From NCBI GenBank assembly GCA_053919585.1, contig CM132821.1: a stretch of DNA of 64,000 bases, one strand, 5' to 3'. Source of the DNA: Euprymna scolopes. Taxonomy: Eukaryota. The notes under the pieces are model-generated. The model was given only the letters and a program-made list of their open reading frames with translations. It was not told the DNA's origin and searched no databases. Shown here one piece after another: positions 12,422 to 25,644 of the stretch; the first letter of the stretch is position 1, and each line of letters begins with the position of its first letter. A program made the position numbers and the translations under genes.

Positions 12422-14299
12422 TATAATAATATATTTTTTTACTAATTTTTCATCCTTATTTTATCATTATATAAATATTATTGTTCTCTTTTCTATTATT
12501 CTCTATTTCATACCTTACTTTTATCAACTATGTTTCAATTTCTTTTTTTTTATATTTCCTATGTTTCATCTTTATGTTGTTTATTTTCTTTTTTATGGCC
12601 TCCCCATTTCCTCTAAGTATTTTTTGTGCCCAATCTCTTTCTAACTCACTACCACTTTTTCTTCACCTTTGGAATTATTTCTAATAATCTCACTCCTCTC
12701 CTTTCTCATTATTTGTACATCTGAACTTTCATATGTTAACCTTAAAGGTGTTGCTTTCTTTGCTCTTATTTTCATATAATATTGATTGTTTATCCTCTTC
12801 TATAAGTATATATCTTTAAAAGCAAATTAGCTTTGAGAATAATGTAGCTTTAAGATCTCATGAATTATAGAGATCCCCGCCGTTATTTCCTATTAAATTA
12901 TTATAATCACTGTCATTCTAATTGACATGATAATGTAATAAAGTTCTGATATAATTAAAATTATTANNNNNNNNNNNNNNNNNNNNNNNNNNNNNNNNNN
13001 NNNNNNNNNNNNNNNNNNNNNNNNNNNNNNNNNNNNNNNNNNNNNNNNNNNNNNNNNNNNNNNNNNNNNNNNNNNNNNNNNNNNNNNNNNNNNNNNNNNN
13101 NNNNNNNNNNNNNNNNNNNNNNNNNNNNNNNNNNNNNNNNNNNNNNNNNNNNNNNNNNNNNNNNGTTTACATGTAATAATGATCATTCAATGAGAGTGAT
13201 TAATCGTTTTTGTCTGACGAATTCGACATGAAAACTCAGTGCTAATATCAAAATGATCATTCATCGCCTTCTCGCGCGATTATCCTTTTATACCTATTGC
13301 TTCTAATTAAACAATTATGACAGATATTTAGGTGAGATGTCGATGGCAAGATACCAATGAACAGGAGAAGAAAAAAAGGCGCCATTTGAAGCGACTCATC
13401 AAGTACCATTATCTCATTGTAAGGAAAAGGCGCCGAAATTGCCTCTGGATAAAACTGATATTTCTATCGAATAAAAAAATGGAAGAATAATAATAATAAA
13501 AAAAGAAAATTGAGAAAATATGTTTTTAACGTTGTAAATACGATCTGAAACGGAATTAAGGACACATCCTCTTAATGAGTTGTGCATACGCTTCTAAAAT
13601 GCTCTTGCAACCTGTCAGACATTAAAGGAAGCAATTTGCACATTTAATCATGACAAATGAAAAGAATACACACGTCAATCTTTAGCAAGTTTGATTTTAT
13701 ATAGATTCTACGACGTGTCTTAAGTAAGACAGAGCTTATTCAATTTAAAACCACCGTATAACTGCTTTTCCCACCCCTTCCCATTAGTCATAGAAGTTAA
13801 ACGACGTAATGCCTGACCCGTATTAGATGTTTTCTCATTTGCAAATGCTAAGCGCTCAATGAAATCCTCCACTGACTTGGAAATATATGCGGCTTGGAAA
13901 CGTTTGTGAATGTGATATTCCCTGTAAAAATGGGATATGGGATAACACTATACGTTGTTAATTTTTTTCATTTAGTTTACAGATATAGCGATGAACATAA
14001 GCATTACTGTGACATGAGAGATGACTGTAGGGCATCTACATTTAGATAGACTTGTTTTCTGGAGTTGGAGCATTCTGTTATAGACCCCCTTCTGCTTTTT
14101 CGGACATTAATTCCCTATTAATATTCTATCTGCCCCTTTAATTGATATTTATTTGTTTACCATTTCGAAGTTGTTTACCGGTTACATTTGCCATGTACAT
14201 TTTGAAATTGTACCTCATTTTTATATTAATTTATTTTTCCTTTGGAGATTGTACTGCTGGAAATAGCAGCCAAAACTGCTGCCAACATTGTCCTGCTTT

Positions 14300-14990
14300 T
14301 TATTGAAAGCAGCAAATAGATTCTGTTAGTATCCTCGCTTTTCCTTTAAAGGCAATTTTCTGAATGTCTTTTGCACTTGGCTCACCAGGAATATTAGTTA
14401 GGTAGGACTCCGGCTTGATTTTAATAAACCCTATTTCACCTATAATAACTTGTATGATTGATCCCTCCCTTAGATTCGAGTTTCTTTTCATATCATACAT
14501 GAGACATCGATATTTGGTCTGTTTCCTCTCTTCAGCTCTGTAAAGACCTTCATCATTAGGGACCCACGCTTCATCCAAGGTTACAACTCTCTCAGACTCA
14601 TTCCATATAACTAGATAAGGTTTGACAGCAGCATTTTCTTTGTAGGTTGCTATAGAGATTACATGGTCGTAATGTATATTATATACATGATTGCAAACTG
14701 TTCTTTCAGGTGTATTTTTCAAAGAGTTGCTGCTACACTGGATGTGTAATTTTTTTTACAGATGGTCTAGTGGAAGTATTACATCTTCCATCATGTTGCA
14801 GATTTACACAAGATAACTCAATATTTCCAATTCTGTGTGGCAGTCAGTCTCGTTATTTCTGTAATAATTTAAATGATAGGAATCTTTCAGATATTCCAGT
14901 TTTTCTTAGGTTTTTCCGTAAAGTCTTGGTGTTTTAGTATCTCTTCCCTCCCAGATTTGTTTTACCGAGCACCATGTGGGATACTAATTA
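14300..14990 (-). mobile_element. R4/Dong-like non-LTR retrotransposon C-terminal fragment (restriction-like endonuclease region)
   Basis: ORF 14300-14722: KPYLVIWN..LDEAWVPND..AEERKQTKY..QVIIGEIG..YLTNIPGEPSAKDIQKIAFKGKARIL, resembling RLE-clade PD..D..VP.D..EK..KY and IQK.A..GTA.IL motifs; decayed Cys/His knuckle upstream. Confidence 0.65.
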
Positions 14991-15084
14991 CTACTAAGTT
15001 TGTTTATTTATATTTTTGTCTCATATCACTATGATGCTGGGTTAAACAGAACTAAACGGGAAAAGAAAACAAATCAAGATATTA

Positions 15085-15230
15085 TGGAAAGAAATTAGAA
15101 CCTAAGAACATGAAAAAGAATTTCAAAAACTACCTGGGAAATATACCCGGTGAATCAAATGTTAGAGAAAGACAACGAATTGCATTCAAAGGGACGGTTA
15201 AAAGCCTTTAATGATCTCTTGGTTTAAGAT
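15085..15230 (+). mobile_element. Second fragment of a related RLE-LINE C-terminus, opposite strand
   Basis: Translates KNFKNYLGNIPGESNVRERQRIAFKGTVKSL, paralogous to YLTNIPGEPSAKDIQKIAFKGKARIL. Confidence 0.6.
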
Positions 15231-15396
15231 AACAGGTAAATGTCTGGAATCTAGTAGGATGCTCCATCCCCAGCTAGAACAACATAAGGAAATTGAAGAA
15301 ATGTATTTGAATATACATACATACGTACTTACATGCATATGCACACAAATATACACATACCTACAAATATATATATATATATATATATATACTTTT

Positions 15397-16283
15397 AGCT
15401 CCGTTTTCTATGTACGTAAGTTAAGGATTTGTTTATATACGTGGATATATGGATAGGAGGGTTTATGAGTTATATACACCTGTTTTTTTCTTATATTTCT
15501 TACCAGAACATGCTGCTGCATTCAATATGTATCTTTTTAAAGATGTCTCAGTGGAAATATTTACACACTCCAGTGTCGCATCGTATAATATACACCTCCA
15601 TGCAGAGACTCCCAGCTGAATATAGAGCGTCGCACAATCTTTACTCCTGTGTGTTAGAATCTACATTTGTTGGTGTTGCTGAGACCACTCACCGCCTTAT
15701 AACATTGGTCATCAAACCTTTATGTATTCTTGCCTAATTTTACCTGGATTCTCGTGAATTTCTATCAAGCATGGATCAGGCGAGACCGGCAATCATCGGA
15801 TTCAGCCGAGCGTTGTTCAAATGTTTAAACGTCAACCTGACTTTTTATTGTATTTAAACAATTATTTTTCTGTTATGTTTTTAGTAATTTTAAGGTTATA
15901 TGAAGGGGGGATTTTTTTATTTCCTGGTTACTTATTTTTCTCATAGTGCTCCGTTTTCTATGTACGTAGGTTAAATAGTTTTTACAGACGTAGATATAGG
16001 AATAGTCATAATGGACGATGTATGAGTTATATCGAACTTTTTTTTCTGATATTTCTCACCAGAATATGCTGCAGTGTTCGATATGCAGCTTTTTAAAATG
16101 GCCCAGTGGAAATATTTTGAAAATCCACAGTGTCGCATCGTATAATATATACCTCCATGCAGAGACTTCCAGCTGAATACAGGGTATCGCACAATCTTTA
16201 CTCCTGTGTGTTAAAATCTACATTTGTTGACATTGCTGAGAGCACTCATCTTCTTATAACATTGGCCATCAAGGCTTTATCTT
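15397..16283. repeat. Direct duplication of a ~340-bp block (15397-15735 and 15946-16283)
   Basis: Both copies start gctccgttttctatgtacgta and share cctccatgcagagact.ccagctgaat..cgcacaatctttactcctgtgtgtta. Confidence 0.85.
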
Positions 16284-16820
16284 AGGCAGTGATTCTACTC
16301 ATTTCCTAAACATAATAGATCGAAGCTTATTTCAAAAAGTCTGCAGAGCCCAGCTTACCTTAAAATTCATTGCTAATTTTATACTTGTTGCATGTAGTTA
16401 TGTTGATAGGTTGTCACTTTTACAACTCTCTTTTATTTGCATTGGAAAGTGTTGCTATAGCATTTGCGACTCTATTGAGTTGTTTTTATAGCAATTTTTT
16501 TATATTCTGACTTATTTGTAAGATAGTATTTTCTAATACATTCGTATTTCATGATTGAGCTTGTTCTTTTTACTTTCGTGATAATGATCACTAAGATTCT
16601 GGGAGCTCATCAAGTATTTCCCAGTGACTACTATATTGAAACGGTATCGATGGTCAGTAGAGTACAGACATATACAAAGTAGCCCGACACTGGTGTTGTA
16701 TAATATTCGTTTCAGTGCCAACATTTTGCGTATTATACGGAAATTATATAAATAAGTTATGTATCTCGTTATGTTCTTATATTACAGTTTTCAAAGGCAA
16801 GCATATATATGTGTATATGC

Positions 16821-16852
<32 letters not shown>

Positions 16853-16867
16853 ATATTTATACATATA

Positions 16868-17105
16868 TATGTTGTTTTGAAAAAAGGAAAATCGAATGAA
16901 TTTATGAAATGATCAATGTTTCGTCCCTATTGCAGAGGGCATCTTTTAGATATTAAAAGTAAAAATGCAAAAAAAAAAAAAGAAAACGATCATAGACCAT
17001 ACGAAAATGATTTTTTTTAATATCCTGAAGATGCTCTCTGCAATAGGGACGAAACGTTGATCATTTCATAAATTCATTCGGTTTTTCTTTTTTCAAAACA
17101 ACATA
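16868..17105. repeat. ~90-bp inverted repeat (16868-16958 / 17015-17105) with a minimal HHR-like motif; probable PLE terminal repeat
   Basis: atc-CTGAAGA-tgctctctgcaatagggac-GAAA-cgtt-gat at 17022-17061, with its inverted copy upstream. Confidence 0.65.
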
Positions 17106-17624
17106 ACGTCAACCATCGCTGGTATNNNNNNNNNNNNNNNNNNNNNNNNNNNNNNNNNNNNNNNNNNNNNNNNNNNNNNNNNNNNNNNNNNNNNNNNNNN
17201 NNNNNNNNNNNNNNNNNNNNNNNNNNNNNNNNNNNNNNNNNNNNNNNNNNNNNNNNNNNNNNNNNNNNACATGCACACTTATTTGATTAAACAGTGTCAA
17301 ACTTATCTATTATAAAATACCTTTCTGCATTAATCTTCAAATGCACTTTGAAACAGTAGCTTGACAGACCGGTCGCAAAGCGGGACACACGGAGGTAAAT
17401 AATGACATCAAAGCCACTTTATTGCAGACTAGAAGATCTTGGTCATAAAACCTAATTAAAATAAATTTCTGCTGAGTCGCTCGTTTGATTAATAAACATA
17501 TACGCATTTTATTAAGCGTTTTAAATCATCTCATATTAGTTTGGATGATACGAAATACATTCGGATACACCTTTATTTTTATGGTGATTTCGCTTAGGTA
17601 ATTTGTGTCACATGAGTATGAGTA

Positions 17625-17900
17625 TTTTGTTACACAGGAATCAAAACTTATCAAGGCCTGGAGGCTACTTGAGGATAAGGGTTAATGGATATACATTAGT
17701 TAATGTAGTTCTAGCGTAGTAAACATAAGTAGTGGATTTTTTTTTAAAAATTGGATTACTCAGAAACTTGTTTACGTTGGACTTAAAGATAATCAGATCG
17801 CAGTCAAGTGGTAAGCAGGCGTGCCATTCTAAGACTTAAGATTAGTTCATGGAATCTACTTTTAGGTTTAGGGATAGATAAAATGTTTGGGAATTTATTG
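17625..17900 (-). mobile_element. Diverged 3' fragment of the CR1/Jockey-group LINE
   Basis: cttatcaaggcctggaggctacttgaggataaggg, aggcgtgc and gttcatggaatctac match the reverse complement of the LINE 3' end. Confidence 0.7.
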
Positions 17901-20900
17901 ATGAAAAGGCGAATACATCAAACAATCTAATAATTCTACTTCAATGTTTAAAATGTTTTTATTATAATGTTCAATTGTAGATTATCAGTCAGGCACAGAC
18001 TCTATTTTAGCATGGCATATTTCTGCCTACTCTAGGGAAAGTCATGATAATGTGATACGATAATCGCGGGGTGATCGAAAAGTGGATTTGTGAATCGAAA
18101 TTATATCACTGTTCGTATTAAAGAGATGCACATCATTTTTTTAAGGTTGGAATGTGACTGTAATTTCTCTTATAATTTCAAGTTTACAAGTAAAATTAAA
18201 TTGCACAAAATTAAAATTGTTTTGTTATTTTTCTAAATTTATCCGATGACTATTGATAATTGGAAACGTTTCTATTATTCGGACTATAGATCATGTTTTG
18301 AGTGTTACTTAAATATATATTTTATCCATTGAAAACTCCAACGTCATTCATGTCTAACTCGTAAAACTACAGCATTTACAAACTTTGTATCATCCATCAG
18401 TTTTGCAATAATGAGGCCATCGCATGCATACAACTTTAAAAATGTATAATCAAACTGTTTTTTGCACATCGGGTCGATTGTATGACATAAATAATCCTTA
18501 AACTTCCCCAAGGGCATTCTACACTCTAATTCGGTAATTTCTCTTTGATCAGGACGCGGATTTCGTATTCAACCGCATAATGACTATGCAGGATACTAGG
18601 CATCGTTTGCATGTGCGTTTCGTGTCTTTTGTGTTTATATTAGGTTAAGAAAGCAAAACTATTAATGTGCGTCCGCATTAGGAAGCCCCTATTATGAAAC
18701 GCATATACTTGCTGCGGGCATAGTTTGATTTTACTGAATACATTAATGTATACGAGTATTGTTAGTCTAAGGAATGGATACGTGGGTGGTCACATGAATA
18801 TACGTATTCACGAGATTGTTGTGCCTTTTACTTTTACGAAAATCGACAATGGAAACATCATAGTAATAGCGAGAAATGTAAGCTCGCGGTGGATAAAGCC
18901 TTTGTTGCCAATGTGCCTGGGACCTATGAATCACTGCCAGAGATACTGTATTTTCTGCATTATCGTGTTTATCAGAATACCGTTAGGCACTTGTCTAACA
19001 TAAGTTGAGAAAGCTTGCAGATATGTTCGTGTTGGAGCGGGTTCTTTTCTCAAGCATCGATTCTGCTAAATTTTATGATTTTTTTCTAAGTTAAAAATTT
19101 AGTTTTTTATATAATATAGTAAATTGAATGCATCCAACCTTTAATGCGCTGTATGAAGACTTTTAATTTAATTAGTATATATCTTTTGACTGATTATTTT
19201 TTATTTGTTAAACGCTAGTAAGCGTTAAAATTTTGTATCAGTATTGATATATTTGAATATAATGATAGATATTCAGCTTGTTTACACGTTTAATGACGAA
19301 TTATGTGCATTTTAGTGTTGTTTAATTATCATTGCCGCGAGATCGTTGGTTAAGCCACTAGTTAATCACGAGAACGGCTTGAATCATCTAAGGTATGAAT
19401 TTAACTGGAAAATAGACTTGGTGGTCATTTTTATTCTTATCATACAAAGGTAAAATTGAACACAATCTTCGTTTACCCTGGGTAAATCACTCAGTTCCAA
19501 TCAAAAAATGTATTTGAGAAACTATACACGTTGCCTTTATTTTGACATTGAGTCTTCATTGTCAGGAAGGCAGATTAAATGAGTGTGAAAATCTGAAGCT
19601 AATACTGCATTTTCCTCTCAGTGAAAATGGCCCCAAAATAAAAGTAGGATAGAAAGCATAAAAAAACCAAAGCAGTATTCGTTGATTGCCACACATTATA
19701 ACCACTCGCTCGAAATATCATGTTTGAACTTGAATAAAGCAAAATCGTAGTAGGAGAAAGGCGACCAATGCGTAACTATATTACAGACTTCTAGCAAAAC
19801 TACAATTATGCACGAATCATAATCTCTAAACAATGAAATAATGTTAACTTTAGTTTTCTATGCATTTGCCCGAATTTTCTTTTCCGATTTTAATAAACTA
19901 ATCATTCTTACATAGCCCGTAATTAATATTGATTAATGCTAAGCACACAGTTTTTGATTCAGGTGTTTTATTATTATTTTTTTTGTTTTGATAACCTTCA
20001 TTGGCGCGAAAACTCTTTAGCAGCTATTAATAAACGGTAGAAATAAGAACAGTATATTTCAAATGCGTCATATATTCATGAATTGATCATGCAATCGACA
20101 CTTCGCAGTTACACATTTCCTGTGTATATTATTTGCTGTGGGAACAAGTCAAACGAGACCTAGTTTTTCAACAATGAATAATAACGAAAGTAACATATCG
20201 ATCAGCAATTTGGTTATATGAACTACATTTAATCAAGTTACATGTGTATTTGTGCGTTGCTTCGTGATTTAATAAGTTTGCTAGCTATAATTAAGAGTGA
20301 ATATAAAAGAGAAAATACCTTTGATCACCTTTAAAAAGGTTTGAACAACCAATATTGAAATACAACTGTCAAATAATGTAAAATGGTTAAAACTAGCTAA
20401 TATTAGAATGCAATAATTTGATCTGATATTGTTAAATTTGGAAGAGAAAGAGGACCAAGCAACGTTTATTTTCTAATGTATTACAAAGTCAATTAGTACT
20501 CAGCGGAGTTGAATTATTTTCGACTTGCTGTGATATCTCATCCTTCTGGCTTCGGCTCAATCTTATCGGTTGGAAGTTGATTTTTTACCTACTTTTAAAA
20601 TACTCATGCACTTCAAAATATAAAAGAAAAACAAAATATTTCTTCACTACAAAAAGTCAAGACCAAACCAAACGCCATGAATAGATATTTGAACATATCA
20701 GGAAGCTCCAGCATTACATGTTTACAAAAATGCTTGAACAATAAAGAAATCCCTATCTCGTAAAACCAAGAAATCAAACCGAGCAGTGTAAAGAAATAGG
20801 TGTAGGTTTTGAATGTACCTTTTCATGTAAATGGACAAAAGATATACTCATTTTCTTTTTATAATAAGCCCCATTCTTTTAGTAAATGGCAAATACTAGC

Positions 20901-21038
20901 CTCGGATAAAGGTTTAAGAGATTATTCGGTTTGTGGTTTCCAATCTAATGAATATATTAAAAACCGCTAATTAAATTTGTAAATGTTGAGTTCTTAAATT
21001 ATAGGGGAGAAGGTTCTGCTTAAATTGAACATGAATAG

Positions 21039-21313
21039 AGTTAACTTTGCAGGCGGAAACAATTAAGGTAGAAATCAATACAAATGACGACTCAACAAAC
21101 AAAGGTAGATCAAATAAGAAGTGTATTAGGAAAAGGTATATTTACAGGATATTTACATAATGGTGTCAAATAAGACAGTCTTTGCTGGAGAAACATATCT
21201 GCTCTCGGCGACATTCGGTGGCTTCTGGTGAACACACACTCAGACTAACTGAGTCTTCCTATTTATGTGTAATTACTATCCACATATGCAAATGAATGGG
21301 TGCCACCACAACA
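21039..21313 (-). repeat. Gypsy 3' LTR (~275 bp)
   Basis: Starts TGTTGTGG on the minus strand immediately after the PPT; homologous to 23815-24474. Confidence 0.9.
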
Positions 21314-21329
21314 CCCCCCTCTCAATATT

Positions 21330-23685
21330 TGAAGTCGCACAGATTTCAATATCTTTTTCTCTCGGGATTTAACATTAATGGTTCATTAAACTTTCTTTTT
21401 TTACCTGATCTTCGGGGTTCAGGTGTATATTGAGGCGGTTCCAAATTAAAGGATTCGTATATGATGTCCATGGTTTCCTCCTCTTCGACTGCTGTTGTAT
21501 AATCCCCATCTTGAATGTGGCGTTTTTTATTTGGTTCAGGTGCTTTTTATGTATATTTTGTGGATCTTTAATCATGTATGTACACTCACCAATGCGTTTA
21601 TCCACTGCTCCACATTCCTAGTAAGAAGTGTTATTCCTGTAGCACTTAAAATATACTCGATCTCCCGAGTTATATTACTTTCTTATCATGTGTGTAGTGT
21701 TTCGGACAATTTCCTGTCTTGACAATAGTTTATCAAACGCTGATTTCACCTTTCTGGTAAACGTTAAATCAGCTGGTGATGTTTGACGGGGTATTAGGGT
21801 GCCGTGTTATCCTATATATTTGCAAAAATTGTTGCAAAGCTTTTTCCGTCGGTATCCCAATGGATTTTTTCAACGCTCGTTTTAACGTGTCCACGAACCT
21901 CTCCGCGAGGTCGTTCGATCTTGGATGATACGGTGGAGTAGTGATGTGCTTTACTTGGAACGTGTCACAAAATTCCTTAAAGTCTGTGGATGTGAATTGA
22001 GTTCCATTGTCAGTGACCAGTGTGCCTGATACACCTAATCGTGCAAATAACTCGTGTATGAATCCTATTGGGTTATTCGTTGTTGGATTCCTGCAACGCA
22101 TTACCTCAGGTCATTTTGTATAACTATCTACTACAATTAAGTAGTAATTTTCTCCTACTGGACCAGCGAAGTCCATGTGAATTCTCGACCATGGTTGGTC
22201 GGATTTCGTCCAAGGTTTGTGTACTATAGGTGGGGATTTTGCCGCTAACTGGCATCCTTCACATCTATTTATTGTTGTAGCTATGTCGACGTCCATGTTA
22301 CGCCAGTATACGTAGCTTCTCATAAGAGACTAATCTGATTTATCCCCGGATGTCCTGTGTGGAAGTCTCTCAAAATCCTCTTCTGCAACGTTTTAGGTAT
22401 TACTACTCTCTCGCTATATAATAACACATCGTTACATATGGAAAACATTTCCTGAACCTTTTTGTCATTTATAATTTTTTTCTTTTATATCATTTATATA
22501 TTCATCTTTATCGGCTTCTCTTTTAATGTCCGACAATGTTACCGGTAGTTCTTTAATGATGCTACCATATTTTTCACTTCGACGTTTGTTCGAATTGCTG
22601 CAATCACTGATTCTTCCAAATTATGTTTCTGTGGTATAAGTCTTGAAAGTCCATCCGCATGGCAAATTTTTTTCGATGCTAGATGTTGTAACTGGAAATC
22701 GTAATTCAGTAGGATCGTCCCCCAGCGCAGCAATCTATTTGCGGTGTATACAGGCAATCCTTTTTTTTTTTTGATCCGTAGATTGTGACTAATGTTTTAT
22801 GGTCGGTTTCAAGTATGAATTGTCTACCATATAAATATCGTTGGAATTAAGTCACTGCAAAGATTATTCTCAACGCTTCTTTTTCAATCTGTGAATACAC
22901 CTTCTCTGCTGGAAGCAGCGTTCTTGAAGCGTAAGCTATCGGCTTTCTAGATCAATTAGGCATGATATGTTGAATGCATGCTCATATGCCGTAGGAACTA
23001 GCGTCACTAGCGACGACTATATTTAATTTTGTGTCATAGTGAGTTAGAAAAAATTCAGATGTTAGTGCGCTCTTTATTTTGTCAAAAGCGGTTCGACATT
23101 CTTGCGTCCAGTTCCAAGGTGTGTCCTTTTTTAACAGCTCATTTAATGGAGCTAGCAAATTATGCATCCCCTCAATAAAAGACTGGTAATAATTTGCGAG
23201 TCCTAAGAAACTCTGCAAGGGTGTTACCTTATTAGGTGCTGGCATGTTTTTTATTGCCGCAGATCTTTCTGGGTCTGGACGTCGCCCATGTTTATTTATT
23301 ATATGTCCAAGATACTTAATTTCGCTCATACAAAAGTGGCATTTATTTTCTTTTACTTTAAACCGAATTCTTGTATTCGAGTGAATACTTGTTTTAAATG
23401 TTTCTTATGTTCTAGGGATTTGCTCCTGATAACAATGTCGTCCAGGTATGCATATGCGCACTCAATACGACTTAGCATGGTGTCTATCACTTGTTGAAAA
23501 ATGGCAGGCGCGACTTTGATGCCAAAGGGCAACCGGTTGTACTTATACAATCCCTTATGCGTGTTGATGCATAGTATTTTTGAGCAATTCTCCTCGACCG
23601 GTATTTGTAAATACGCGTCGCTCAAGTGTATCTTGGAGAAGATATTACCACCATTCAACTTTGTGAATATTTCCTCTGAGCTTGG
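21330..23685 (-). pseudogene. pol: Gypsy pol remnant (RT-RNase H-integrase) with frameshifts and stops
   Basis: FSKIHLSDAYLQI, YNRLPFGIKVAPAIFQ, YLDDIV, SDASSYGI, TANRLLRW, HADGLSRL, PWSRIHMDFAGP, LIVVDSY, VTDNGTQF, PPYHPRSNDLAERFV. Confidence 0.92.
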
Positions 23686-23814
23686 TTTTTACGAATATTT
23701 CGTTCGTCAAAACTTGTATTCCTTAGAAAGGTTAACGGTTGCGTTGTACTTTTTTTTAGTGAGTTCGTTCCATTTTTTCGTCAAACTGTTATATTTGTAC
23801 GTCGTCGTCGTCAT

Positions 23815-24474
23815 TGTAAAGTTTGCAGGTTGAAACAAGTAAGGTAGAAAGCAATACAAATGACGACTCAACAAATAAAGGTAGATTAAATAAGAAGTGT
23901 ATTAGGAAAAGGCATGACAGATGCTCGTCTGAACTCCAATCTCTGGTCCCCCTCGCCAATCTTTCACGAAAAACACCCGTCTAGCTGAATCCACTGTGAA
24001 AAAATTCCCCCACTCTATATCTATGGATAAATCAAAACGCGGATTCCATGAACAAAGCTTCTTTCTTAGAACTGCACGCCTATGGAACTCTGTTCCGTCT
24101 GCCTGCTTCCCTCCGGACTACAACTTGGATGGCTTCAAGTCCAATGTAAACAAATTCCTAATGAACCGCCCCGTTAAGTAAACACTTCAGCAAATCTCCA
24201 CACTAACCTAATGTACTTGCAATAATCCTTATCTCTGAGTGGCTTCCGGGCCTTGATAACTGGTGATAACTGTGTAAAACAAAAAAAGAAAAAAAGGTAT
24301 ATTTACAGGATATTTACATAATGGTGTCAAATAAGACAGTCTTTGCTGGAGAAACATATCTGCTCTCGGCGGCCTTCGGTGGCTTCTGGTAAACAGACAT
24401 TCAGGCGAACTGAGTCTTCCTATTAATGTGTAATTACTATCCACATATGCAAATGAATGTGTGCCACCACACCA
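23815..24474 (-). repeat. Gypsy 5' LTR interrupted by a LINE insertion
   Basis: TG...CA ends on the minus strand; collinear with the 3' LTR except for the 23913-24291 insert. Confidence 0.9.
23913..24291 (+). mobile_element. 5'-truncated CR1/Jockey-group LINE inserted in the Gypsy 5' LTR
   Basis: ORF end SFFLRTARLWNSVPSACFPPDYNLDGFKSNVNK, 3' UTR and A-tail; aaaagg duplicated on both sides. Confidence 0.9.
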
Positions 24475-25644
24475 AATAGCATTATGTTTTAATATAGAGC
24501 ATAGCGGACTCGAAACTGTATATTCAACTTATGACGACTGTTTGGCATATTACATTTTTTTTCAGAAGAAATCTCGCGTGGATTAAGCTGTTCAGCGATA
24601 GACACTTCAGCTATAATATCAGAATATAAGGAGTTATTGTTCTGAATTGTTTAACTAAATATATCTTTAACACAGGGTATGTCTTCCATCGCATAACAAA
24701 TAGACGAGAGGGTGATCAACAACGTCTCTTTTGTGAAAAAAACAGGTTAATGGGAATGAATAATATTAGAATCAATTCATAATATTCTTATTTAAATATT
24801 GTCTGGAAAGATTATAGCATTAAATAATAGTGGAGGCTTCATCACGTACGACCGTTGTTATTATAGCAATTATATTAAAATTATATTTCTAGTAAAAAAC
24901 ATCGTTCAATGAAGTCATTGAGAAAAATAGCAAATATTATTTTACTTGCAATTTTAAAACACGTTTTAAAATTAAAATTTTTAATCTAATTTAAGTACTT
25001 GATTATTTTTTTTTTGATTGAGGTAAAAGTGATTTGGGGTTTCGAGGTAAAATTACCTTGCAAATGATTTGTAACTAATAGGTCAAAAACAGTGTAAGAT
25101 TTTTACACTTTTTAAAGAAGATGTGCTATAAAGCTGTCCGGAAAGATTCTACGGCTTTTTATTAGTAAACATAATACATATTCAAAAAGAGGAAGAATCA
25201 AATATTCTTTCACATGAATCTAGTGACAATTAAAAGGTAAAACGACATTTAACTTGTAACTTCGGAGCTATTTCAGAATGGAAGAATGTAAGATTTTTTG
25301 GAGAAGGTTGATGATTCTTATTTGATTCATATGGCGAAAACGCGAATCAAGTAGTAATATAACAATATAATTTTACGACACAATATTTAATTATTAAACA
25401 TGACATTTAAATCGACATGTTTTTAATAGACATATTCTCATATTCTCTCAATAAAAATGTAAATTCTATCGCAGAAATCTTAAATTATGCATTACTTTTT
25501 ATCTAATTCACGAGCATTGCGTTTACATTCATTTTGGCTTTAAATAAACGAACAAAAGAAAAAAACACAGAATTATCTAATACTACGTTTTATATATTGA
25601 AGCATATACACCCTGTCTAATTGGATTTACATATACGTTTTACT

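Larger units (their letters stand above)
21039..24474 (-). mobile_element. Ty3/Gypsy LTR retrotransposon (Mag/K02A2.6-like), internally deleted and decayed, both LTRs present
   Basis: LTRs 21039-21313 and 23815-24474; 5-bp TSD AATAG (21034-21038, 24475-24479); PPT gagagggggg (21314-21323, minus); PBS-like tgacgacga next to the 5' LTR; RT, RNase H and integrase fragments. Confidence 0.92.

Noticed and set aside
13760-13835. 5S rRNA-like or SINE-core-like stretch (gaagttaaacgacg..gtattagatg)
   Set aside because: Too short and diverged to support an RNA gene call.
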